Below, piece after piece: positions 48,976-61,154 of a stretch of 64,000 nt of DNA. The first letter of the stretch is position 1. Each line of letters begins with the position of its first letter. The position numbers were made by a program, and so were the translations under genes. The stretch is from Podarcis bocagei. Its lineage: Eukaryota. The stretch lies in assembly GCA_964188305.1 (NCBI GenBank), contig OZ076899.1; one strand, given 5' to 3'. The notes under the pieces are model-generated. The model saw only the letters and a list, made by a program, of their open reading frames with translations. It did not search any database and was not told the origin of the DNA.

Positions 48976-51900
48976 TCAGTCCCCCTCCTTCTCGGCAACT
49001 GCAGGAGGGTTGGGCTTGATCAAGCCATAAGCCACAGCCTGCGCCAGGCACTCCTGGGCCACTTGGGCAATCTGGGGCTTGTCCTTGGCCTTGGCCATAA
49101 CAGACAGGATCTCCATCGTCTCGCTCTCCATCAGCTTCTCGGCCACCTCCTTGTCAGCAGCCACCATGTTCCTCACTACCACCACCCCGCGGTGCTGGAG
49201 CTCGGTGGCAGGGCTGAGGAGCAGGGCCTGCAGGATCTCCAGCCAGTGAGTCGTCTGGGGAAAGAGAGTGAGAGGTCAGTTAGCAAGCAGGAAGGAAACC
49301 CAGCATCCACCCAGTTCCTGGAGACCCTCCAAAGGTCTGCCATGCCCAGTGGGCAGCTGCTGGGCTCAGCCCACCCTCCAGGCGGTACTCACCACTTGAG
49401 GGATGCGGGAGCAGATCTGGGGCAGCAACGAGGTCAGGACGGCCAGTGTCCCTGAAGCTGCCCGCTGGAGCCTCTCGTCGTCCTCCCCGCTGTACAGGAC
49501 CAGCAGCTTCAGCCGGTCACTGCCCTCCACCAGGAACAGCTCCCCGACCTGCCCAAAAGAGAGATGTGAGTGGAGATAAACCTCCCGGGGCCCCAGCACA
49601 GCCAGGTGGCCCAGTACCCCTGCTCACCTCTGGGCTCAGCGCCATGTTGCACATGCACTCAGTGGCTGCCAAGCGGATCATTTCGTGCTCCTCAAACATG
49701 TAGCCCTCGATCATGGGCACGGCCTTCTCCTTCACAATCTTCTGCCTGCAGGAGGAGGAGCCAGCAGGAGAAGGTAATGGCCCCTGCCTCCAAGGAACGT
49801 AACCCTCCCAGAGGACAGGGCTGGGACCCACGGAGATGGCCAGCCTGCCTGCCTGCCTCTCCAGCCTTACCGGAGCCGCTCACTGGTCCCCGCCAGGTTG
49901 GTGAGAGCCATCAGCCCTTCGAAATTCTGCAGGGCACTGCGGTTCAAGTGCAGGAGGCCCACCAGGGGCCGGACCACCTCGTAGATCTGCAGCAGGAGAG
50001 ACAAAAGGCTCAGGGTGGGGGGGAGAGGAAAGGGGAACCCAACCCCATCCACTGCCTTGCTGTGATGCTGCCCTCACTCCACACTGACCCGTTCGCCCGG
50101 AAAAGCCATTTCGGGGGCGGTGGTGATGGTGATCTTAGCCAGGGCCTGCGCAGCCTTCGTCTGCCCTATTTCAGTGCCTTCCAGGGCCAGAGGGATGAGT
50201 GCCTAGTGGTGGAATAAAATCCATATTCTGCTTGACTGTGAAAAGCCTTGATGCCCCAGTACTGCTGCAGGGCAAAGCCAAACAGGAGAGGGTGTGTAGG
50301 CATGTGTGAGGCTCACCTTCCCGCCTCCAGCAGCCACCACAGCCCCTCGGTCCTCAGGGTCTTCCACGACAGCCAGGAACACCCTGAAGCACACAATAGC
50401 AGGCACTGAATGTGGGACCCAGAACACTCTCTCCATACACACACAACACACATCAATTTGAGATTACAGGAAGGCGTCATCTTGGCTTGACTGAATTTTC
50501 TGAGCTCTTTGGCTAAGCAGAAACCCACAGGTAAGAAGGCCAGCATGTCTCCTCTGTGTAGCAGGTCTGGAGGACTTGCCTGTGAACAGCAATACCCGCA
50601 TTGCATGGGGTTGGGCATGATGACCCTTTGGGTCACCTCCCTTCTATGAAAGCTCTACAGGGGTCAAGGCCTGTGGCCGCTGGCCTCACCTGGAGATCAG
50701 CTCCCGGCAGGCAGGGCTCAAGGAGGGGCTTTCACTCTTCACCATGCAGGTGAGCGCTGACACCACACCGGCAGCCAGCAGCTTCCTCACACGTTGGCGC
50801 ACGAACTCTGGCTTGTCCTGGGCAGGAAGAGATGGAGAGAGAGGATGAGAATAGGTCGTGGGATGCCTATTATCCACCTCCTACTCCTCCTCTCACCCTC
50901 CTTGCTCCATCCACCAGCATCTCACACAATTGTGGTCTTTGCATCACAAATTTCTAAAAGCTTCCCACTCCAACCTCAACTCCCCATTATCCAAAAAAAC
51001 ATTCCTGAGGAGGGCAGAGGAGCCAAGCCCAGCCACACACACCCCAGCCTGCTAGAAGGCTTCCACTGGCCCCCTCAGGGCACTCCTCTCCCCACTCTCA
51101 CCTTTGGGTGCTTCTCAGGGATGTGTTGCTTGGCATACTTCGCCAGCTCCACCATCTGGGGGTCAGGCTCCTCTTGGTCGTAGCTGCTGGTGCAATTCAC
51201 CAGCGTGGAGGCCACTGCAAAGAGGACGCTTCGGTTCTCTGACTGAGGGGAGCAGATCGGCGGCAGGAACAAAGACAAAGAAGCAGAAGAAGGTGGTAAG
51301 TCGGGATCTTCATGATTCTTTGGGACCAAGGGCCACCACTTGTGCATTTGTTACTTCAAGACTAGGCTACTGCCAGGCAAAGTAAAGTGTGCGCGCCCTT
51401 GAGTACTATTCAGAAGCATCAGCTAATGCAGAAGAAGACAGCCCAGCCATAGAACACCAGAAGCTGATCAGAAGTGATCTCTTAACATCTCTGCACCCCT
51501 GGACGGACTGAGTTGGGCAGGTAGGTGGGGCCACCCACCTGTCAATCACCAGATGTAATGGTGATGCTGCACTTTAAAGCCTCAGTTTCCCGACTTCAAA
51601 GCACAGCATGGTGCTGTGTGAAAGGCTTTTTGGGAGCTGCCCTGCCCTGCTCTTGAAACCTCTGGAAACTGGAGACTGAAAGAGCAGTGCTAGGAGGAGC
51701 AGTTTTTCCTGAATGGAATCCACTTTCCCGCCAACTTGAGCAAGGCTGATCAGCTGATGAGAAGCTGGGAACAAGCCTTGCCTCAGCAAAGGAGCAATCC
51801 CCTTTAAGCTCTCAAGTCTTCCTTTGAAGCCCCCCCCTTACCCCCCCACCTAACATAAGGTGGCCATGCATGGCTTACCCAAAATGGTGGACCAAGTTTG

Positions 51901-54900
51901 GCTCACAGGCCAGAAGTTGCCAACCCCTGCTCCAGAGCCTGGTCTGGATTTGAAAGCCCTAAAGGGGCTGGTGGGCCAACTCTACCCCCCTGGGCTGGTC
52001 CTCCTGGAGGCAACCAGCATGTCTCTGGGCTGTACAGAGCCCACTGCGGGGAGATATAATCAAAATGCTTCCGCACAAACAAGATATTCACACACAGAGA
52101 AGAGGTGTGTTGTGGCAAAGGGTTCTCCGAAACACTCATTTCCTATGTGGAGGAATCCTTTTCTTCTTGGGTGCTGTTGAAGTGGGGGAAGAATTTCATC
52201 ATGTGAAGCTCCAGTTATGGATCTGAAGTGGTACAGTAGAGACACTTCACTGAGACTCGGGAAATTTTGCTACAGAACAGCATTTTACATCTTAAATCTT
52301 CAAATATATGAAGGGCTATCACATAGAAGACAGAGCAAGGTGGGTTTCTGCTGCTCCAGTGGTAGGAACCCAAACCAATGGATTCAAATGACAAGAAAGA
52401 AGATTCCCACTAAACATTAGGAAGAACCTTCTGATGGTAAGAGTTGTTTGACAATGGAACAGACTCTCTCGGAAGGTGGTGGACTCCCGCTTCACTGAAA
52501 GTTTTTTTAGCAGAGGCTGCATGGTCATCTGTCAGGGATTTTTAGCTGTAATTCCTGCATTGCAGGGGGTTGGACTAGATGACCCTTGGGACCTCTTCCA
52601 ACTCTACAATTCTAAAAATTACTGGGTACCATATACTACAGCTGGGTTGCTATTCCTAAGCAAGGGAAATTCAACATAAACAAGGCAGAGGCAAAAAGAG
52701 CCTCTGGACATGCCCAGCTGCCCATTCCTCCCACAGGTACCCCACCCACCCATCCACTTTACCCTCCCTCTTGGAAGAGGACCTCACCCTGGCCAGCCAG
52801 AAGAGAGCCTGCAGGGCAGCCTTGTCCTCCAGGAGCTCCTCCTTAACGTCCGCATCCAAGGAGAGGAAGGCCAGTCCCTCAGCTGCCCAGTAGCGGGTGC
52901 CGGCATCGATGGCCTCATTGCACAGCCACCTGGAAGCAGGAGAAGGAGAATCATGATAGTGCCTCTACCAGCTGAGACCCTAGTGGGCAAGGAGCATAGG
53001 AAGCCCCACCACCCCAGGCTTCAGTGGGGCATGGTCTGTTGTGCAGCTGCCAGAGGGACTCATTCTTGTCATCCATCAGCTCCCACCAGCTCCCAAGATT
53101 TTGAGAAAGGGACAGGCAGCCTGACCTCCTTCTAAAGGGGAAGGCAGTCACATGGCACAGAAGAGGCTAAAGCGCCTGGGACATGGGGGAAGAAAGCAGC
53201 GCTCACTCACTTTCTGCACTGCTTGGCCAGCTTCAGGGTAGAGCCTTCCGCAAACTGCTTCATGCTGAAATCTGTGCCCCCCGCCGAGCCCAATTTGCAG
53301 AGGCCCTGGAAAGAGAAACCATGATGTGCCGCAGTTGCCACCTGACCCCAGAACTTCCTTCAGTCTGGGAAGATGGAAGAGGAACAGTGTTTGGGCCAGA
53401 GATTTGGGTTATAATATACAGTTTAATGATTGGATAAAACTGTGGAATGAAAATATAAAATTTACGGCATGTACTGTGTTAAAGGAAAATGTTATGAAAA
53501 TGATTTATAGATGGTACATCACACCTGTAAAACTGGCAAAAATGTATAAAACATGTAATAAGTGTTGGAAATGTAAAGAAAAAGAAGGAACATTTTATCA
53601 TATGTTGTAGGATTGTAAGAAGGTGAAGGGCTTCTGGGAAATTATATATAATGAGATGAAAAAGATGTTGAAATATACGTTTGTTAAGAAACCAGAGGCT
53701 TTTCTTCTAGGAATAGTAGGAAATGAAATAAATAGAATGGACTGTAAACTTTTCCAATATGCAGTAACAGCAGCGAGAATATTATTGGCCCAAAAATGGA
53801 AACAGGAACAACTGCCGACGCTCAAAGAATGGAGAATGAAACTGATGGAGTATGCTGAACTGGACAAACTAACAGGAAAGATCAGATATATACGAGATCA
53901 AAAGTTCATTGAAGACTGGGGAAAATTTTCAGACTATCTGAAAATAACGCTAGTGGGATTTCAAGAAGTTCTGTAAATGATAGAGGACTATTGTATTGAT
54001 GAAAACTAAGTGTGTGAAGGTTTATAAAATGCAATATAAAATTAGGAAATGCGTATTTCAAAATTTGAATAATGGATGATTGTCAGAGAGGTTGAAGGAA
54101 GTCTAAAAGAGAAAATATGTGATAAATTTAGATTGGATACTATAAATGTATGTTGGAAAATTTAATAATTTTTTTATATATATAAAAAAGAGGAACAGTG
54201 TTGGGTCCCACTGCAGCCAGAAAATGTCTCCCTCCTTCTCCAAGATCTGCTGCCTCTTGCTCACCACCAGGGCCCGGATGCGAATGCTGTCGCGCTCGCT
54301 GTGCTTGTAGATCTCCTTCAGTAGTGTCACCCCATTGGCAGTGATGAAGGTGGCCCGCTTGGCCTTGTCGGCAGCATGGATCAGGGCCTCCACGGCCACA
54401 AGCTGGTCGGCCTCCTGTGACGAGGCGCACAAGGCCAGAATGCTCTCCATGATGCCACTCAGCTCCAGCACCCTGTTCCCAGCCTCGGAGGGGCCTTGCA
54501 GGAGACAGGAGGCCGTCTGGATGGCCCGCAATTTCCCAGGGACGCCATGGTCCTGGAACCAGCCCCTGGGAGGTGAAGGAAAGGCGGCCCGTCAGGAGCA
54601 GCCAGGAAGCTACCACAGACATTCCAAAGCTGAAACCCCAAGCTCTGCACCAGAAAGAAGGCTGGAGTCTCAAATCCGAGATCAACCAACGGCACCTTCT
54701 GGCAGCAAAAGTCCTCCTCCCACCCACTATTATGTATTTATTTCATAACATCTATATATCACGTGATTGTAGAAAACCTCAAAGTGGTTTATAAAAAGAA
54801 ACAGTAAGATTATTAGTACAAACAACACATTCTAAAAATTAAAACCAGCAATAAACTAAAAGCACACCAGCATTTTAAATATATGGGTAGGCTTGCCTAC

Positions 54901-57900
54901 ACAAAAATGCTTTCAGTAGACGTCAAAAAGAGTAGAATGAAGGCGCCTGCCTGATATCATCACACTAGAAGATCCATTTATTATAAATGCAGAACGGGTA
55001 TTATATGGCACTTGGAACAGTGCCAATTCTGCAGATGGAAGTGGTTGAGTGAGCATATCTGGGTTAAGGCAGTCTCACAGGTAAATTATTAAGGGCTTTG
55101 CATACTAATAGTAACCTTTTGAACTTGTCTCGGTAGCAAATCAGCAACCAGTACAGATCTCTGAGCATGGGTGCTATATGCTGACAAGTTTTTGCTCCTT
55201 TCAGCAATCAAGCTGCAGCATTCTGCGCTAACTTCAGCTTCCAGATCAGATGCAAGGGAAGCCCCATATAGAGCGCACTACAGTAATCCAGTCTTGAAGC
55301 AACCAGTACATGAATTACAGTAACTGGGTGTCTCTGGCCAAGCTGATGGGCTGTTATGACGCTTTCGATGTCTGTCAGCAACTAAGCGCTGAGCATCACT
55401 CCCCACCACTTCATTTGCCCCCCATGCCTTCCCAGCACCCCCTACCAGAAGCAGCAGTGGGCAGCCCCCGAGTCAGTCACAGGCCTACCTGACATAGTCC
55501 TCGCAGAGCCGGTGGAAATTCTCCCGCTCCCCGTCACACTTCAGGTCCCCATAGAGCTTGCTGAGGAGGACGGCTGCGCTCATGAGGGTGTTCTCTGTCA
55601 CCCGCAGGCCCCCGGGGCTGTGGCTCACTGTGCCCCCCACCTCCAGGATCTGCTTGAGACCTAGTGAGGACAGACATGCTCACTGGCGCTGGCGAGGGAC
55701 CCAGGCCAGGAAGAGGAGGGGCTCAGGAATGGGCTAGACGTACCCTGGTCAATGACCCAGAGGGTCAGGCAGTTGTTGGGGTCCTTCAGCGACTTCCGGG
55801 GCACCACACTGATCAGCAGGTTGAGGATGCTGTCCCGGCCATAGGAGGAAATGCTCTCCCGGGTCAGGGCTTCCAGCAGCTGCTTGAGGAGCAATTTCAG
55901 CTCTTTGGATGTATCTACAGGAGCAGAATCAGAGTTGAGGAGGTCTGAGCCTCCTCTCTCCAGGCCAGCATTCGCAGCCCAGCTCCACCCAAGGCATCAG
56001 CACGAAGATGAGCTTGGCACGACACAAAGTGGATGCTGAGCCCAGCAGGGAGGCACCCAAGAGACTCACCCAGGACCACAGCTTCCTCCTTGCCACGCAC
56101 ATCCCTCTGCAGCCCCTCCTTGAGGGCATCAAACATAACCTGCAGCAGGCTGTAGGTTGCCAGCGAGACTTGCTCGTCCTCCATCTCTAGGATAGCAAAG
56201 AGGCGCTGGGGCCCCAGCTCAGCCAGGATCACTGCAGTCTGAAAGAAGGGCAGCATCCACTGAGACTTGGGGAGGAATCCAGGCCTGTCTCTCAAGAACC
56301 AGTTACCTCCCCCACATAGCTCAGAGCAGAGCTGGATACCTGCCTAGTAGGCAACTCCACAAGTGCAACTGTGGCTTGTCAGTAGGAACTCTGAGGACCC
56401 ATAAACCTACCCAAGGAGACAGAGTTCAAGGGGGGGTTTTTTATACTAGAGGAATATCTAGGTTATCTTGCAGAATGTATTCAACAGTCTTGCTAGCCCT
56501 CTGTCCACCACGGGAAGTGATCATAGACTTGTAGGGTCGGAAGGGACCCAATGAGCCTTTCAGTTCAACCCTCTGAAATGCAGGAATCACAGCTAAAGTA
56601 TCCCTGACAGAGGCCATCCAAACTCTGCTTTAAAACCTCCAATAAAGGAGAGTCCACCACTTGGAGGGTGTCCATTCCAAGAGGCTGAACAACATCAGGC
56701 CCTGCAGTACCCCACTTGTCACTGGACAAGGAACTGTTGGGGAGCACTCTTGGTGAACCACTGGTGGTTAGCCAGACTCCAGCAAATAGGAAGCCCGAGG
56801 TTTCCTCTCAACACTGGAGCAGCAGAGAGGGAGGGGTGATTCCATCCCCTTCCCCAGCCTGAAGCATGGGCGGAAACTCAAGTCTGTGCCTGCCAGGTGG
56901 ATGGTGTTGCAACCTATAAGCAGGTGCAGAGGCAGAGAAAGCTCGGGTGCCTCTGCAGCCCCTCCCTGGCTCTGTGCTGGAGGGGGACAGAAGAGACCAC
57001 TTGGTTTGCCTCTGACCTCCTGAGGCATTTCAAAGATGCAGTACAAGGTCAGGGACAAGTTCCAGGCACACACACCCTCAGAGAAGTGGCATGCCCTTGA
57101 AGCAACAGGTTCTGGAGAGAGTTTTATGCATAACCTGTCAGCAAATGGACTGAACCTGTTACCGCCCCCCCCCAAAAAAAAAGAGTGAAGAAGCTTTCAT
57201 CTTAAAAAGTGGACATACCCGAGAACGATGCCCACTGCAAAGGCCAGTGAGGGTTCGCACAGCTGCTAGCACCGTGTCTGCCCGACCTGTATCCAGCAGC
57301 TGTAGCAGGAGGCGCACTCCGTCATTCTGGAAAATCTTCTCAGCACCAGGCTCCTCGCGAGCCAAAACAATCAAATTCTGAGCTGCCTGGACAGGAGAAG
57401 AGCCAGTTAGCTGGACAAAGGGACTCGCTTTAACCGCTCCCCATCAGGCCACACAGCTGTTGGAGGGGCACACCCAGAATTTAGAGCTGGAGAGGTTTGG
57501 AGATTCTGGCCCATAATAATTCCATTGTCCTTGCTTCTCTAAGAGCCATGGGGGTGGGGATCTCCTCCTTGGGCAGAGCTGGGAAGCCTGCAGAGTCCCT
57601 CCAGGTGCTGCTGCACTGTAACGCCCATCAACATTAGGATGACTTGATGTTATGAACCGCCCTGTGATTGTTGGATGAAGGGCGGTATACAAATCCCATG
57701 AGACAGAATGAATCACTCTAGACTGAGACTGATCGTATTAAAATAAGCACCACCCTAATATATTCTGGTTTTGTCAGTCACGGAAAAGGAAGTTACGGTA
57801 CAATGACTCAAAGTCCTCCTCCCTTCCTCCCTCAGGTATCCTGATCCAGGCATCAGAAACCCTCCCTCTGGCTTTTGCCTACAGGCAAATTTGGAAATGC

Positions 57901-59524
57901 AAAACTTGCATTTTGAAATAGAAAACAGAATTGGAGACTGCCTAATTCTACAACTGCATCCCATATATGTACAGCTGCAGCACACCTAAAATTGCTCTTC
58001 ATCAGGGCACATCACACCTCCTACCTGCTTGCTGATTAGAGGGGTACCTTTTGTTTCTTGTCCAGATCTTTTTCTTCAGGGTCCAGCAGCAACTTAAACA
58101 TCTGCTCCACTTTGGAGTCTGTGCGGGACATGGCTGTCATCTGAAACAAACAGGCAGTTGGTGAGAAACCCCACAGTCGTACTTCAGAAGCCCAGTACAC
58201 ACCTGAAGCCCAGAATCCTTCCTGGTTGGAGAGCTAGGCTGCCCCACAAGGGAGGCGCCTACCCTGGCAATGCCCACACTCCCCCAATGCTTCTCCTACC
58301 TTCTCATGCATGCTGCTGCCAAGGTTGCGCAGAGCCTCCTGGAAGGCCTTGTTCTTGGGCTCCAGGCTCACACACCTCTGCAGGTCCAGGAGGGCCTGGT
58401 CGAAGCGGCCCAGTTTCTGCCGGGCTTGGCTGCGCCGGAAGAGGCTCTTCACATCATGCCCATCAGCTTCTATAGCTGCAAACAGGCAAGAAAGTATTAA
58501 GAGGCAGCAAAGAGAAAAAAGGCAGCTTCTGCAGAGAAAGAGACTTTTGGAAGGAGAGTAATCCCCCACCCCACCACACCCCTTGCAGCTCACCTTTAGA
58601 AGCGTCCAGTTCTGCCTGGACATAGTCCTCCTGCAAAAGAAGCAGAATGCCAGAGAGGCATTGGTGAAAGGAGATGTAAGCGGGGGAGCAGGGCGGGGGA
58701 GTGAGGGGAGAAGAAAATACTCAAGAGGAGCTCAGGCTGAAAATGACAGCCCTGACCACCTTTCTGGGGGACATCTGTCAAATCCTAAATTCTCTGCAGG
58801 TTACAGGAGGAGAAGGAGGAGGCAAGGCATCAGGCTGGCCTCTCACTATATGGCCACTGTCTTCTCAGTCCGTCATAGCCAGACAGCCAGGCCCGAGGGC
58901 TCCCCTTGACTGTGCATAAAGGCACCTCAGCTTCTAAGGAGCAGCAGGGTGAAAAGAAGTCCACCTAAAGGGGCTCAGCACAGTTAAATGAGAGATGCAC
59001 AGAAACGTTGACACTGGGGGCAAAGGGAAGCTCTGTGGCCATTTAGGGGAAAACACACACACAATGCCTGCTACCTTCTGATGCGTACTACGTCACTTGA
59101 GAATTTTGAGAAGAAAAGACAATAATCCCTTAGAATCTCCCCAGGAGTGTCCAACTTTTCTCCTCCTGCAGAAGAGAGCGGCAGGTAGGCAGGCTGGCAC
59201 TGCCCCTTGGGGGGCTCCCATAACTCAGGCAACCCTCCCGCTTTCCCCACTTCCCCACTCACCAGCTTGAGGTGGCAGGCGGCGCGGTTGCGGTGGAGGA
59301 CAGCGCGGTGCGGGTCGGGCTCCTCGCCATCCCCAGGGCAGAGGCTGAGGGCCCGGGTGTAAGCGGCCAGCGCCTCCTCATAGCGGCCTGTCTGGAAGAG
59401 CTCGTTGCCCTCCCGGCGGAGCTCCGGGACCTGCGGAGATAAGAGGGGCGGGGTGGATGAGCGATTCGGTTTGGGGGTCAGCTGGGCTCCCACCGCCCAC
59501 CCCACTCACCGCCGTCTCCTCCAT
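48976..59524 (-). CDS. UNC45A: Myosin co-chaperone UNC-45A (TPR + central + UCS), 20 exons, 941 aa
   Basis: Exons (minus) 59524-59510, 59430-59263, 58630-58594, 58475-58300, 58140-58048, 57386-57219, 56238-56070, 55914-55744, 55660-55489, 54565-54265, 53305-53211, 52929-52788, 51242-51102, 50817-50690, 50383-50317, 50202-50089, 49986-49871, 49745-49628, 49548-49393, 49254-48976 (2826 nt). Motifs: [69 protein letters not shown]. Confidence 0.96.
52300..52615 (+). mobile_element. CR1 LINE 3' fragment; shorter related tails at ~17085-17180(+) and ~56520-56680(-)
   Basis: AAACATTAGGAAGAAC..TGGAACAGACT..CCTGCATTGCAGGGGGTTGGACTAGATGACCCT..TTCCAACTCTACAATTCTA tail. Confidence 0.75.
53392..54187 (+). 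mobile_element. 5'-truncated L1-clade (L1/Tx1-like) LINE in UNC45A intron 10, 15-bp TSD
   Basis: ORF2 C-terminus with CCHC knuckle ([17 protein letters not shown]), broken by a single stop at 53608-53610. TSD AAGAGGAACAGTGTT at 53377-53391 and 54188-54202; A-rich tail. Confidence 0.85.
54730..55330 (-). mobile_element. L2-clade LINE 3' fragment
   Basis: Minus strand near 55300-55210 translates [29 protein letters not shown], the typical post-RT L2 motif; AT-rich tail near 54740. Confidence 0.7.
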
Positions 59525-61154
59525 GGCGCGCTCTAGTGACGCCACGCGAGCGCGACAGCCGCTCCCTAACCGACCCACGTGCTGGCAGCGCCTCCCTTGG
59601 AGCGCCCAGCGGAGAAGAGACCGGGCGGCCCGGGAGCGGAGCTGCTCCACCTCCCGCCGCGCCCGCCCCGCGTGCCTTCTTGCCGGCTTCCTGTTTCTTG
59701 CAGGGGCACCTCCCGAGGATTCGTCGGTGGAGGAGGCGGTGGAAGCTGCGCTGGTGAAGGCGGTAGAAGTGAAGGAAGTCGACGGTCATGAGGGCCAGGA
59801 CGAGGCAGCCGTAGAGCCCCACGCCCAACAGCGGCCCCAGCGGGCTCCTGTGGAGGGAAAGCGGGCTCAGACGGAAGGACGGGAGGAAGAGGGGAACCCC
59901 CAACACCCCTCTCGCCCCCCCGTCCCCCCACAAGGGCATCTCACCGGGGCGCGGCTGGCGGAGCAGAAGCCGAGGCATTGCCGCGGAGCCTCTCAAATTC
60001 GGGCCGTGGGCAGCAGGACTTGAAGCGGCGAGAGGCGGCAGGCAGGCAGCAGTAGGCGTGGGTCGGGGGGTCGGTGAGGCGTGGGCAGTAGAAGCCGGCG
60101 TGGTGGAGCCCGGCGGGGTCCCGGTAGCCCTCGCAAAGGTGCACGTTTTGGGTACCAGCTGGAAAGAGGAAGCGATTGGAACAAGCTGGGTGCTCGGGGG
60201 GCTGCCCTCCCTGCCGGGGCTCGCGGGAGAATCGCGGGGAGGGGGGAGGATACTGCCGCTCCAGCCCTGCTGAAAGCCCATACAGGAGGACCCCGGGGAG
60301 GGGGCAGGCAGGCCCAGGACTGCCGTTTCAGCGTCTCTTCGGTCGCCTGGCTATAGAGTGGTTGGCAGTCCTGTGGAAGCGGGCTGAACAGCGAGGGAAA
60401 GTATCCTAATAAAAAAGGCTGCAAAGTCGCGGACACTTCTGCTAGAGGAGAACCACTTCCTGCCCTGAGCCAGATCAGACCTCAGACAACCAGTACCCAG
60501 GGTCCAGGGACATTTGTTTCCCATAAAGAGTAAAGCCAAACCCACTAAAGACTGAAAGTGACTGGTTCTGTGCTAAGGGATTTGAGGGTACCCAGTTCCG
60601 ATCAGACAGATCTGCATTGGCAACGCACAGAAGTCTGTCTGGTGAAGTTGTCCTTGGGTTGGAAGATGCAAGGAGCTGGGAAAGGTTTTCCTCATACTGA
60701 CTGGGAAACTGAGCAGAGCACTTGCAGGCAAACTGGCCTATGAACACAAGCTTAACTCTCTGTCTCAAACACATTCATGCACGCACTCCAATTGTCATGC
60801 ACACAAACACAGGCCCATCATTCCTTGTCAACATGCTTGGATCCTAGGTTGATTCCTTCCTTCAGCTGGTGGGACACCCCAGAGCAAGTGGCACCCTGCA
60901 AACAGGGCTTTTACTTAGCTCTAGGGTGGCCCTGAAACCCCTGAGAGTGAGAGTCTTGCTCGAAGCAGATCTGCACATGGGCTGAGAAGCCCCTGGGAGA
61001 CTATAGAGACTGCAATTTCAAAGTGTGGGTTTGGCACGGCAAGTTGGAGCTCCTGGGGGGCTACTGTGCTGGTGGGGAAGGGAGAGAAGGGAGACCAGAT
61101 GCAGGTACCTGTCCTGAGAAAGGCCAGCAGCAGCAGGCAGGGCAAGAGCAGCAT
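59478..61154 (-). CDS. Shisa-like (SHISAL1/KIAA1644-related) single-pass membrane protein, 3 exons, 209 aa, overlapping the UNC45A start
   Basis: Exon 1 61154-61109 ([15 protein letters not shown], signal peptide, donor ACAG|GTACC); exon 2 60158-59945 (acceptor TTCCTCTTTCCAG; [44 protein letters not shown]; donor CG|GTGAGA); exon 3 59847-59478 (acceptor TTTCCCTCCACAG; [28 protein letters not shown], then a basic tail). Phases 1 and 2 join exactly; total 630 nt. Confidence 0.8.

Noticed and set aside
53326-53976. 94- and 117-aa plus-strand ORFs as a nested host gene
   Set aside because: They are the broken ORF2 end of a TSD-flanked LINE.
59478-60281. The 267-aa ORF taken as a single-exon gene
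   Set aside because: Only 59847-59478 is in the Shisa-like frame; the upstream part reads through an intron and the wrong frame of exon 2.
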